From positions 55,056,001 through 55,120,000 of the forward strand of contig OZ024742.1 in the NCBI GenBank assembly GCA_964016885.1: a DNA stretch of 64,000 nucleotides. The letters are read 5' to 3'. The position numbers and the translations under genes were made by a program. Positions 1 to 11,989 of this stretch are shown in pieces (within the stretch, counting starts at the first letter, position 1; each line of letters starts with the position of its first letter). The notes under the pieces are model-generated. The model was not told where the DNA came from and made no database searches. It saw nothing but the letters and a program-made list of their open reading frames with translations. Origin of the DNA: Eledone cirrhosa (Eukaryota).

Positions 1-1669
1 TCCATTTCAGCAGTAAATGGGACTTCTGAAATTTGTAGTCCATTATTGTATCTTTGTGCATATTTTGTAATGGAATATGATCTTTTGATGCTTTCGTGTT
101 TCAAAACGAGTTTGATCATCCAATCATGTGATTCCCTTAGATATGTAGACAATCCAATTGTTGCAGTTTTCAACGCAATGTCTAACTAGATTAACCCACG
201 TCCTCCTTATTTCCTAGGGAGATATATTCTATCTATATCTGCCTTAGGGTGATGCATTCTTTGCATGGTTAAGAATTTTCTAATTTTTGTATCGAGCCTA
301 CGGATCTCTGTGCTTGACCAGTTGATGACATTGTAACTGTAGGTTACTACTGGTATGGCAAGCGTGTTTATGGCATCGATCCTATTCCTTGCATTCAATT
401 CCGTTCTTAAGATTGCTCTTACTCTGCGGTAACATTCCTTCCTTATCCTTTCCCTCATTGTCGAGTGCTTGATTCCGTCTCCTTCACAAACACCTAGATA
501 TTTGTAAGTTTGTTCTTGATCAAGTTCTCTTATCACGTTCCCCCGATCAAGATTAATGTCTGAACTCTTCAGCAGCTTTCCTCTGGTGAACGTTGCTTTG
601 GCGCATTTATCTAGTCCAGACTCCATTTTAATGTCATCACTGAACTGCTCCACAGTGGATAATAGACCTTGCAATTGTTCATCATTTTTTGCAAATAATT
701 TCAGGTCATCCATGTAGAACAAGTGATTAATGGTTTTGTCATAGACTTTATATCCATGTTTTGTTTCATTGAGCATTTTACTTAATGGTATAAGTGCGAT
801 GCAGAATAAAAGCGGTGATAAAGAGTCACCCTGAAAAATTCAACAATTAATATTAACTTCTCCAGCTTCCAGTGATTTTGTTTCCCTACTCAAAAGGAGT
901 GTCGTTTTCCATGTCTTCATACTGAATGACAAAAACCTCCTGACAACGGGGGATATTTTGAAAATCTCTAAACATTTTTCAATCCAACTGTGTGGCAAAC
1001 TATCGAATGCTTTTTTATAATCTATCCAAGCAATCGATAGATTTTTGTGTCTATTATAACAATCTTCCAGTATCATTTTGTTAACCAAAAGCTGATCGTT
1101 ACAGCCATATGAGCCTCGTTTACACCCTTTCTGCTCAATGGGAAATAGGTCATTTGTTATCAGGTGGTCATATGTGTATTCAGTTAGTACTGATGTTAAA
1201 ATGTTATACATTGTGGTTATCGGTCTGTAATTTTTGGGATTGTTTGTCCCATCATTCTTCGGAAGCAGGAATGTAATGCCGTTAACTAGCCATGATGGTA
1301 TCTTTTCTGGCTCCTTAACTATTTCATTGTAAAGTTGGGCTAACAGCTCGAGACTCTGTGAAGGCATTTATCCAAAAGTTTTGTATTTTGTCTTTTCCTG
1401 GGGATTTCCATTTGTTGGTTTTTCTTAGAGCCAAGCGCAACTGTTCAACTGTTATATTTTCCCATATTTGTTCCTCAAAGTGAACTGTATCTTTCATTTG
1501 TCTGTCTATCCATGGGGCATGTATGTTATGAACTTTTTCTTCGGCCCAGATCTTTTCCCAGAATTCTTGCACTTCCTCCTTGGGTGGTATTGATTTAGCA
1601 GTTATTGTTGACTTACCAATTTTTCTGTAGAAGTTTCTTTGGTTGTTTTGAACATATTATTATCCTTAT
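1..1669 (-). mobile_element. R4/Dong-like RLE LINE, family A, copy 1 (5'-truncated, frameshifted; runs off the left edge)
   Basis: ORFs 207-776, 840-1367 and 1324-1572 encode RT motifs ([29 protein letters not shown]); near-identical to 30248-31928. Confidence 0.92.
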
Positions 1670-1688
1670 TATTATTATTATTATTATT
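1667..1688. repeat. (TTA)n microsatellite between the R4-A 5' end and the Tx1 5' end
   Basis: direct reading. Confidence 0.95.
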
Positions 1689-1896
1689 GGCGACCTACGT
1701 AGGAAATCGTATTATCGTGAGCTCCGCAAAGGTTTGTTATTTCCGTTTGTTTAAAAATTGCCATTTATGGAAAATTTTATTGTTAACTGTTTATAAGCAC
1801 ACATACATTGTTTTCCGAAAAGGACACCCAAAAAGATTGGGGCCTTGTGCCCAAAATTTTAACTTTTATTATTATCCAAAAATTTCTTTGAAAAAC

Positions 1897-3886
1897 ATGG
1901 CTAATTCCCCTCTTCACGAAGCAGCTGAAAGCCTTCCTCACAAAATAACACCTCACACCAACACCACCATTGTAAATGTTACTACGTTTGCCAACACAAA
2001 AAAAAATATAAGCAGTAGCAATATTTTAAATTTGTCTCAGGCAGACATTCATTTCCCGCCATTACCAATGACTGCAGGTGTTAAAGCCTCCACCACCACC
2101 ACCACCGCGACAGCCACCACCACCACCACCACCACCGCGACAACAGAAACAAAAGAAGAAAAAAATAAATTAACTCGTGATGTCGAAATGAAATCAAGCA
2201 AAATGGACTCTTCCCCACCAAAGACGACTGACGTCACCACCACAACTGAAACTAAAATTAATATTAACGATAGCAACAACAACAACAACAATGACATTAT
2301 AAACCCCCCCCCCTCAGTTTCGCCAGAGTAGCAAAACAATTCGAAGCATTTACCGTAACTCAAGAAGATTTAGAAAATGCCAAACAAATGGTAAATAAAG
2401 ATGGGTACAGGGTCAGCCTCACCCCCCCACCTAATAAAATGGAGCATCGGCGCCTATGCACCGTGTGGTATAGAACAATAAATGTAAAATCGCGCCGAGT
2501 GGAACGGGCATCCGAGTCCCAAATCCAAAAAGCTTTGGGACATGTGTGGGCAAGAAAAACCCACATCAGACGTGGGCAAAAGTATGGAACCGTGGATGTG
2601 TTCTTTGAAACACCAGAGGAGGCTAGAGAACACTCCATGGCCCCATTAAAAAGTGACGACTTCACACTCGTCCCAAGCTATTGTGGCCAGAGACTCGTAA
2701 AGATCAGGGTGACCCACGTTCCACCGGCCATCGAAATTCCCTGGCTAATAGCGGCTGTCCTCGCCGGCATCGAGGCCAACACGAAAATAATAACAATAGC
2801 AAAAGAAAAGCAGGAAAACTGGTCCGGATCTGGGATGGAGCTCCTGATCCAAGCGGACCAAAAAAGCATTGAGGAGATCCCAGAGGTAATAGACCTCACT
2901 GACGGCAGCCACCTCACGGTAATTGTCGAGGGCAGAAGACCTATGTGTGTCGTTTGTGGTGAAGGAACCCACCTAAGGGCTTTCTGCCCTCAGGCTAAAA
3001 GGTTGAGGCCACCTCTCCTACCCACCCCAGTGACACAACCATCAACACCACCAGTAGCAGAGATGCCAGCAACAACTGTAGCAGCAACAACAGAAGCAAC
3101 TATAACAGCAACAACCCCAGCAACAGTAGCAAATCCAACACCACTACCACAACCAGCAAAACCAACACCACCACCACCCAACGCTTCAGAACTAGCACCA
3201 GCGCCTACACCATCCACCACACCACAACCAAAACTAACGGCTGTGGAGGATTTTCCACTCCCCGGCCTATCACAACTGGAGACAGATTGTGACGACGAGG
3301 AGTGGGAAACGATATCCGGAAAAAAAAAAGAAACCAAAAAAGAAAAAATTCTCTTCCTTCCCCCTCCAAAAACAAAATACAGGGGGAAACAAATAAACTA
3401 AGAAACAAAAAAGTTAGGACAGATATGCCACCATCCACACCAGCATCACCAACCCCATCAACCCAAACACCAACACCATCACCATCATTAACTCCAACAC
3501 CACCATCACCTACACCACAAAAGTCACCAAAATGCGAAACAGAAACAAACCCACAACAAACGCAAACAAAACAAAACAACCAAAACGATACACACTACAC
3601 AGCATTAAATTTGAACAACAAGCAATTATTGCACTACATCCAACACAACACCAGCATCACAGAAAAAGACTACACAACAACCCCAAAATTCACACCACCT
3701 CCACACATACAAATCACTCGCATCACACAGAAAACGTACATGACACTAAAACAAAAATTCCCCAAAGACATCGGAGACTTCCGACAAGCACTCTCCAGGA
3801 GGATTTATAAGGACATCCTTCCTGAGGAGGCCACAAGCAGTGAAAAGGATGGAAAAGCCGTCCTTCCCCTACGAGAAGTAAGGTAA
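1897..3886 (+). pseudogene. Tx1 ORF1 (Thr/Pro-rich, RRM-like region, CX2CX4HX4C zinc knuckle), broken by frameshifts at homopolymers near 2310 and 3325
   Basis: ORF pieces 1639-2331, 2388-3401 (CVVCGEGTHLRAFC) and 3302-3886; ATG at 1897. Confidence 0.8.
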
Positions 3887-3920
3887 GTGGTCTTTCCCAT
3901 CTTTTCCACTCCTTTTCAAC

Positions 3921-6900
3921 ATGACCTAACTCAGAATAGGCAGCATAAATGCGCGTGGCTTGGGGTCGTCATGGAAGCAGGGCCACCTGCTCAACGACCT
4001 CAGGTCACTAAACATAGATGTAGTGGCCATCAGCGAGACCAGAATCTCCGAAGCACAGGCTTTCGCACCGATCTTCAGCGGCTACGATGTGTACGCATCT
4101 CCCAGCCGTCCGGGATCGGGGGGAGGAGTTGCTGTGCTTTTTCGGAGAGGTTTGGATCTTGCCATACGGGCCATCTTCCTGGACCCAGAAGGTAAGTTGG
4201 TGGTGCTGGACGTGACCAGCGGAGACGGGCAAGCTTTCAGGTTAGTGGCCGTCTATGCCCCGACAGGAGCAGGGCGGCCTGATTTCTTCCGGCGTCTGGA
4301 GACCTTTCTTGGAACGTCCCGCTCTTTAGTGTTAGTGGGCGACTGGAACGGGATCTTAGATGCACGCTGGGATTGTGTGGGATTAGTGGATAGGGAAGGA
4401 GGGTGCAAGAGTCTCACCAACCTGCTCAGACGTTTTGAACTGTCTGACAGGAACCGAATGGATTTTCCGAATGTACCAATGTGGACTTGGACAAATCGCA
4501 TAGGGTCATCCAGATCATATCTAGATAGAGTATTTTGTAGGGAAATAGATAGGTCTAGCATAGGCTGTCCACAATTCAAGATAGTCAGCTACACGGACCA
4601 CAAATTCGTGATCTGTGTGCTTGACTTAGATAGGCTTCATAGACGAGGACCCGGCTACTGAAAGTTAAACGCGTCCTTACCAGCGCGCAAGGCCTACAGA
4701 GACCGGATTAGCGAACTAGTTAAGCGGGCGTTGACGGGGGCCATCGTCAACAACAAGTGGTGGTTTGCTCTGAAAAGAGCAATTAGAATAGAGTCCATTA
4801 GGTTTAGTAAGACTTTAGCAATAGAGAAAAATAGAGCAGAGGGAGAATTAGTTAGAAAATTAGATGAGGCGCTTAGCAAAGGCATCGCGACCGATGTACT
4901 TGCGGCGAAATTGGCCCTTGACCAATTCTTCAATGCAAAGCACGAAGGCTGCGTTGTCAGAGCTACGGTGCGTGCTCTCAGGCACGAGGGGACGAAAGCC
5001 GTTCAATGGGCCCGAGTGGCGGAGGCGCGTCGTGGCAACAAAGCCACGATCCGGTCTTTGGTGGACCACGACGGGCGCATGCTACTCGACCCCGGGAAAA
5101 TGTGTGAAGCTTTTCAGCGACACTTCGCTCAAATGTTCGGGGGCAGTGGCGGGCCGGATCGAGGGATGGACTTTAGTGTCTACCTCGACGGACTGCCGCG
5201 GCTTTCGGCCACTGAGGCGGAGTGTTGCGAAAAGCCGATAACAACCGCTGAAGTACGGGATGCAATGACTAGTTGCACAAGGGGTAAATCGCCTGGTTTG
5301 GATGGTCTGCCCTATGAACTTTACGTACAAATGCCAAACTTGTTCGGAGGCCTCTTGGCGGACGTCTACTGCAACTGGCAACAGAACGGGAGAATTCCCA
5401 GCTCTGTGAGCCGAGGAGCGGTGGCGCTGCTGAGAAAGGATCCGAACAAGGGGGATAACATAGATAATTTTATGCCCATAACTCTGGTAAACACAGAGTT
5501 CAAGATTTTGGCCAAGGTGCTAGCAAAGAGGTTGGCGCTTGTCGTTGGTGGTCTGGTGGGAGAGGCACAGACATGCGCCATTCCCGACAGATCCATCCAC
5601 GACAACCTCCACCTCATGCGATACATCGTAGAGAGGGTAGCTAGGGAACCTGGCACGGGTGGGTCTTTGATCAATTTAGATCAGTCGAAAGCCTTCGATA
5701 GGGTCGACCATCGTTACCTAACGGCAGTCCTGAGGGCGGCTGGCTTTGGGCCCGTCTTCAGAGGCTGGATCGCTGCCATGCACAGCGACATCTGCTCTGT
5801 AGTGAGAGTAAACGGTCACCTTTCGGAACCGTTCAACATCATGCGCTCGGTATGCCAAGGATGTCCCCTCTCGTCCCTATTGTACGTATTGACTCTCGAG
5901 CCATTACTGCACAAACTGGAGACGTTGAGGGGGGTCCCGCGCGAACTAGGATGCGGAAGATCCGTGTCAGCATATGCCGACGATGTCACCGTAGTGGTGT
6001 CGAACGCCAAACACATCGAGGCGATCGGCACTACACTAAGAGAATACAAAGCGGTAACAGGAGCAATGATCAACCAGGAAAAGTCAGTGGGCCTGCAGCT
6101 CGGCACCTGGAGAAGCAGGTCCATGCCGTCCAACAGCGTCGTTGGGCGCTGGACGGACGGACCGGTTAAATTGCTAGGGGTCTGGTTCGGTCCAGACCTC
6201 CAGACGGACAAAAACTGGGACGAGGTGACGAGCAGGGTGGCTTCTCTCACCCAGAAATGGGCCGAGAGGAAGCTATCCCTGAAAGCTCAAGCGGAGGTGG
6301 CGAATGCGTACATCGCATCCGTCATCTACTACCGCCTGACTGTCGTACCTTGTCCTAAGCCCCGCCTGACTGCGCTGGAGCGTTTGCTCTTTCGCTTCTT
6401 GTGGAAGGGACGCGCTCCGATGGTCAGGCGGTCCATCTGCTGTCAACACCCGCTACGTGGAGGGCTGGGCATGCCGTGGCTGATGATGCGCAGACACGCA
6501 CTCAGGCTACGACATCTCCACCTCTTCCTCGACGGTGATCAGGTGTGGTCGCCGTTTGCAAGACACGTTTTTCCCCAGCTCGTCTCCTTGACGGAGCTGC
6601 AGTCCTGGGTCAAGCGAAGACCGAGAGGGAGCGGTTGGAGACTGGAATGTCTTCAGGCGCTCACAGCCCTCGATCAATCGGGCAATGTGATCGGTGGAAA
6701 CTCCACCTTGGCGTTCTATAGGGGATTAGTGGAGGGGAAGAGCGACGACGTACTTGGAGAAACTGTAGGCGTCGACGAAAATCAACTAGCCAATCTCTTC
6801 GGAAGGACTTTCGGGCCGGGGCCTATGGACAACTTTCAGAAATCCCTGGCCTGGCAGTGCTACCGAGGAGCTTTGCCAGTTCGGGATAAACTCTACAGGC

Positions 6901-7340
6901 ATGGAGGTGCCGTCAGCCGGGCATGTCCAAGATGCGCGCAGGGCGACGAAACCGTCCTGCACGCACTCGTCCAGTGTCCGAGCATTGCTGACTTGTGGGT
7001 TTATGTCGAACACCTGCTGTCACGTGTAGGACGGATCCAGCTATCAGCTGAGTCCATCGTGAGGATTGCCCCGCCCCCTTCCTTTAGCCTGGAAGGGCAG
7101 GCAGTTTTTATCTGTCTGGTGGCCATGGCGAAAGAGATAGTATGGTGGACACGTTTGAAAGGGCTGAAGACGAGCACTTACCTCTTTGGTGATGCCCTGA
7201 TTAACTTTTTCAAATTTCATTTGAAAAGGAAAATCAGGGTAGAGAGGGAAGTGCTCTCTTCCCAGCATTTTGTTGAAAGATGGGTGAGAGAAGCAAGTAT
7301 GGCCCGAATGAATGGGCCTTCTCTGAGTATGTGTCTGTAA
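3921..7340 (+). pseudogene. Tx1 ORF2: AP endonuclease, reverse transcriptase and C-terminal CCHC; premature stops at 3927 and 4659
   Basis: IGSINARGL, ISET, VYAP, GDWN, YLDR, TDHK (APE); KSPGLDG, QGCPLS, YADD (RT); CPRC..ETVLHALVQC; ORF 4731-7340 is open for 869 aa. Confidence 0.92.
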
Positions 7341-7581
7341 ATTAAAGGTGGAAAACTGGGAGAGGGCACTTGCCCTGGTGGTCAGGGCCACTGTGGTCTT
7401 TTAATGGGCTTTCTCCACAAATGTCCCTTGGAAGTCTCCCCCCTATTGGGGAATTTTTCTTTGTTATTTTATTTCAACCTCTGTTTTTTTACACGCAGAA
7501 ATGCCCATTTCTACCGTCCTGTATTGTCCTGTACTGTCCTTAATGTCTACTTTATGTGATCCTTGTGGTTAATAAAGAAAA

Positions 7582-7582
<1 letters not shown>

Positions 7583-7642
<60 letters not shown>
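7583..7642. repeat. (TTA)n shared tail-to-tail by Tx1-A and R4-B
   Basis: direct reading. Confidence 0.95.
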
Positions 7643-10600
7643 GTTCTTTGAGTCTCAGTCATTGATGTTAGTTAACTGGAAAGTTTGTTGAAATGAATAT
7701 CAAGCCACTGCCTGCAGCCTCAGTTATTCAGGACGTATCAGAGGGTTCTTGCTGTTCCGAGCAAGCATGCCTTTTGAAGCGTTCCAAAAAGCGTGGCAGG
7801 GCCAAATTTCTTTAACTATCCCTGGAAACCTTTTGAGATAGTACCTAGTGCGCCTATGACAATCGGGACCACTTTGACTTCATAGCAGTTCCAAATCCTT
7901 TTTACCTCCCACTTTAAATCCTGGTAACGGTTAATTTTCTCCCTATTCTTTCTCTTGCACTCTCGTGTCGAATGGGCAAGCCACATCCACAATCAGGCAC
8001 GATCTTTTTTCTTTGTCAAAAACCACCAGGTCAGGTCTATTATGTTCCAGTTTCTTGTCCGTCTGTATCCTAAAATCCCACAGCACCTTCACCTGATCGT
8101 TTTCTATCACCGACTCTGGCTTATGCTCACACCACTTCTCAGAATGTGGTAAATTGTTTACTTTGCATAGGTGCCAGTGGATCAGCCTGCCCATCACATC
8201 ATGTCTCCAGCCCTTATAGTGAGTATGGGCTAGGTGTTTACATTCGGATACAATGTGAGCCACAGTCTCCTCTCTCTCTCCACAGATCCTGCACAGTGGG
8301 CTAGCCTCCTTGTAAATATGGTGTTTCAGCCACTTCGTTTTGAATGCCTGCTCTTGCGCAACCATTAGCATTCCTTTTGTAGCCTTTTTAAGGTCTCCTC
8401 TTTTCAACCAGTTCCATGTCTGTGGATCTCTGAATTCAGTTTTCTCAAAGAAGGTACTATGAAGGGATTTTTTCTGAAGGCTGCTCCTTCTCCTTGTTGT
8501 TATTTCCTCCTTGGACATCCCCTGGTCTATTCTTCTCTCCTTCAGTACAATTCTGAGCATTGGCTCCTTACTTTCGGTCACGTATTTGTGTAGGTTGTTT
8601 TTCTCCATCTGAACACAGTCCTCTATGCTGATATGATCTCTTCCACCTTCAGATCTCCTTAAGTAGAGTCTATCGACATCACTCCTCTTGTGGAACTTGG
8701 TGTAGATAGTCAATAGCTTCCTAATCTTCCTATCCATTTCTTTTTGTTCAGCAACATTCCATCTCAGAATTCCCGCACTCTACCTAATAATAGACACAGC
8801 TCGGGATTTACTGCACTTATGGCATTCCTACTGTTCAGATATGACTTTAATACGCTCCTTATTCGCCGAATGTATTCAGATCTTATCAATTCCTTCATTT
8901 TTTTGTTCTTGGTGTCATCAGCCTCCAGAACACCCAAATACTTGTATCCTTCTTAAGTGTCAGTTTCCTTTATCATCTCACCTGTTTGTATTTCGATTCC
9001 GTTGCTTCTGCTCAATTTACCCTTCTTCATCAAAAGGACTCCACACTTACTAATACCAAATTGCATACATATATCATTGCTGAAAATACGGACAGTGTCA
9101 ACAGGCACAACCAACTCCTTCTCACTCTTCCCGAAGAGCTTAAGATCGTGCATGTAGAGGAGGTGATTGATGGTAAGCTCTCCCTTTCCCAACGTGTATC
9201 CTGCTCTCACTTTTCGCAGTACACTGGTCAGGGGCATCAGGGCATGGACAAACAATATGGGACAGACTATATCGCTGGAAGATACCTCTCTTAATCTTCA
9301 CGGCTCCCAAGGATTCTCCAGCTGATGTTAATTCTGTTTTCCAGGACTTCATACTTTTACCCAACAACTGTCTGATGTTATCTGCCAACTTGAAGATCTC
9401 TAGGCTTTTGGTGATCCAAGAATGAGGCACCATGTCAAATGCCTTTTTGTAGTCTATCCATCCCATGGCAAGACCAGTGTGTCTCCTCTTGCAATTCCTC
9501 ATTACCCTCTTATCAATAAGTAACTGGTCTTTTGTACCACGGGACTTCTTTCGGCATCCTTTCTATTCGTCCGGTAACAAGTTGTTTGTGTGGAGGTGAT
9601 GGTAGATTTCCTCAGACATAATGCTTGTCAACAGTTTCCACATTACGGACAGACATATGATAGGCCTATAGTTGGTAACATCATTACCCTTGATTCGGTC
9701 TTCAATTACCAGAACTGTGGTACCTTTTGTCAACCACTCTGGTACCTCACCTGACATCAAGCAGTCATTGAACATGGTTGTCAGTTTCGGGTGGAGGGAT
9801 GTTATATTTTTAATCCAATACCCCTGCACACCATCTGGGCCTGGTGATTTCCAGTTTTTTGGCCTGCCCATTAAAGAGTTTCAACTGTGATACTCAAATC
9901 TGTTTGTTGGTGTGTCCGTTCACTAATCTCCTTTTGTACTGTCTCAATCCACACTGCCTGGTCATTATGTTTAACATCCTGCTCCAATATTCCTCTCCAG
10001 AATGTCTTAGTTTGTTCCACCTCAGGGATCAAGTCGTTGCCTCTTTCTTTCCCTTCAAACTGTCCAAACAGCATCTTCTGGTTATTTTCAAACATGCGGT
10101 TCTGTCTATACTGACTGACTCTGCTCTCGTATCGACTAATTTTTGCACTCATTGCTATAATTCGTTGCTTCAGTTCCTCTATGATAATATTTAGCTTTTT
10201 CCTCCTAGTTTTGTACTTTATTTCCAGTCTATTTTTAGTGTCTATGTTTTTTAGTGTCCCATTCAGTAGGGACTCAAGCTTTCCAATGTCATTTCTCATT
10301 TCCTGATTTGACCATTCAGTCGTTTCTTCCACCAAGGTTCTGATTTTTCTTGTTTGTTGTTTCCTCTCGCTTTTATGCCAAGTAATTTCCTCACGGCATT
10401 TGCTGTTGCTTTGAGGATAGTGTTGCACTGGTGAAGGCTCCTCGCCTCAAGGTATCGGATGACATTGTTTACCTTAGCTGTTGTTTTATTTAACTTTTTC
10501 CTGTCTACAAATCTTAGGTTCATAGGTCTCCCACTATCATTGTTCAATTCATCTACCACTAAGTTTAGGATATCAACCAAATCTTGTCCTAGCCCGTCAG

Positions 10601-11316
10601 CATTCATCTCCTCAATGGCCGTATCTCTGTTCCAGGTATTATTTATTTCAGAATTCAGATCATTGTCTGCTTTGGATGGTTCCTCCGTTCTCTCAACCTC
10701 TTCACCTTCATTTCCCACTGGCTCGTTTGCCTGGCATACTCCACCCTCCATTTCCAACCTAATCTCTCTGCTCAGTTCCTCCAGTTCCAGCTCGCTTATC
10801 CCCCCATTAGTTCTTATTATGTGAGCCTGCCCGGCCAATTTTTGTTCATCTAATTTAAATAGACCAATCTCGTTCCAGATGTTATGCATCCGTTTCCTAT
10901 AGCCTTTCTCCTTGGGGTTACTCTTCAGGTAACATTGCATAACAGTTCTATTCAATTCTTTCGTCCAGTTGGTTCTGATCCCTTCCCTCTTCTTCTTCCT
11001 CCATTACCAGCAGTATTTGACTGACAGCCACGTCCCCGCTGCTGGGCCAGGGAGCACCTGTTGGGTGAGAGTCTGTCACATGACATTCCAGTCTCCACTT
11101 CACCGTTATTCGAACTGTTTAGGTTCGACATTTAAACACTCTTATCGAGGATTGGTGGATGTATGGTTACAAAACCACCGGTGATTTCATCACCCCCGGT
11201 GATTTTAGTGTGGCAATATCACGCTGTAGACGAACATAAATAAACAAAGAAACAAATAGGTAAAAAAAAAAAAAAAGAATAAGCATAAGGATCATTTGAA
11301 TGTTTGACTTAGTTTT
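7643..11316 (-). mobile_element. R4/Dong-like RLE LINE, family B, copy 1 (near full length; disrupted ORF about 11131-7720)
   Basis: RT fragments, CRIC..ETVAHIVSEC zinc knuckle and RPD..D..P RLE motif; colinear with 57111-60817. Confidence 0.92.
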
Positions 11317-11965
11317 TTTCTTTCTTTCCCTCTCTGTCTGTTTGTTTTTCTTTTCATTTTTCTTTTCTTTACATTTTTCGTTGTTGCTGTGCTCTTTTAA
11401 TTTTGATTTTGATTTTTGGTTTTTTGATTTTTTGACCGGGTCATTAAATCAGTCTATTTATATCTTTTGATGCCTTCCTCTTTTAGTGGGGACACTACGA
11501 TGCATGTTTTAGCAGGAGGTAGTGGGAGAGAATAGCAGCGGTAGTGATAATGAGGCAGTGGTGGAGGTGGTGCTGCTGCTGCTGTGCTAGTAGTACCTAG
11601 CAGGATGTAGTGGGAGAGAATAGCGGCGCTAGCGATAATGAGGCAGTGGTGGTGGTGATGTGACCGTAGTACTGTAGTGATGGTGTTAAAGTTGAAGTAG
11701 AAATAGAAGTTGAGGTAGCTTGACTAGAGTTTTTGGCGTGGTAGTGGTGATGGTGGCGGTGGTGGTGTTAGTGGTGAAATTATTCGCCTGTCTGTCCACT
11801 TAGCCATTTAGCTATTGAGCCATTTTGCCATTTTCCTCTTTTTCGACTATAACATTTCTGATCCAAAATTAAATATTAAGTATTGGGGCCCTATGCCTTA
11901 AAGTGATGCGTTATGGCTTGCTGAGCGTAAAAACTGTAATCTTATACGTCATTTGTAATAAGAAT
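11317..11965 (-). other. Low-complexity CCA/ACC-rich segment abutting the R4-B 5' end (extended 5' UTR or decayed LINE ORF1 start)
   Basis: On the - strand: AAAATGGC motifs followed by Thr-type codon runs; internal duplication at about 11509-11570 and 11598-11655; absent from R4-B copy 2. Confidence 0.4.
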
Positions 11966-11989
11966 TATTCTTGTATATATAGTGTAATT

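Larger units (their letters stand above)
1689..7583 (+). mobile_element. Full-length Tx1/L1-clade LINE, family A, copy 1
   Basis: Starts GGCGACCTACGTAG directly after (TTA)n and ends AATAAAGAAAACA followed by (TTA)n; two-ORF layout; same termini as the copy at 23543-29255. Confidence 0.92.

Noticed and set aside
2300-3330. Tx1 ORF1 frameshifts as recoding sites
   Set aside because: They lie in homopolymers and differ in position between the two copies, so they are slippage or sequencing error
4188-4198. Second AG|GTAAGT inside Tx1 ORF2 (also in family B)
   Set aside because: Explained by conserved EGKL codons; it shows donor-like motifs can arise by chance, a caveat for the splicing findings
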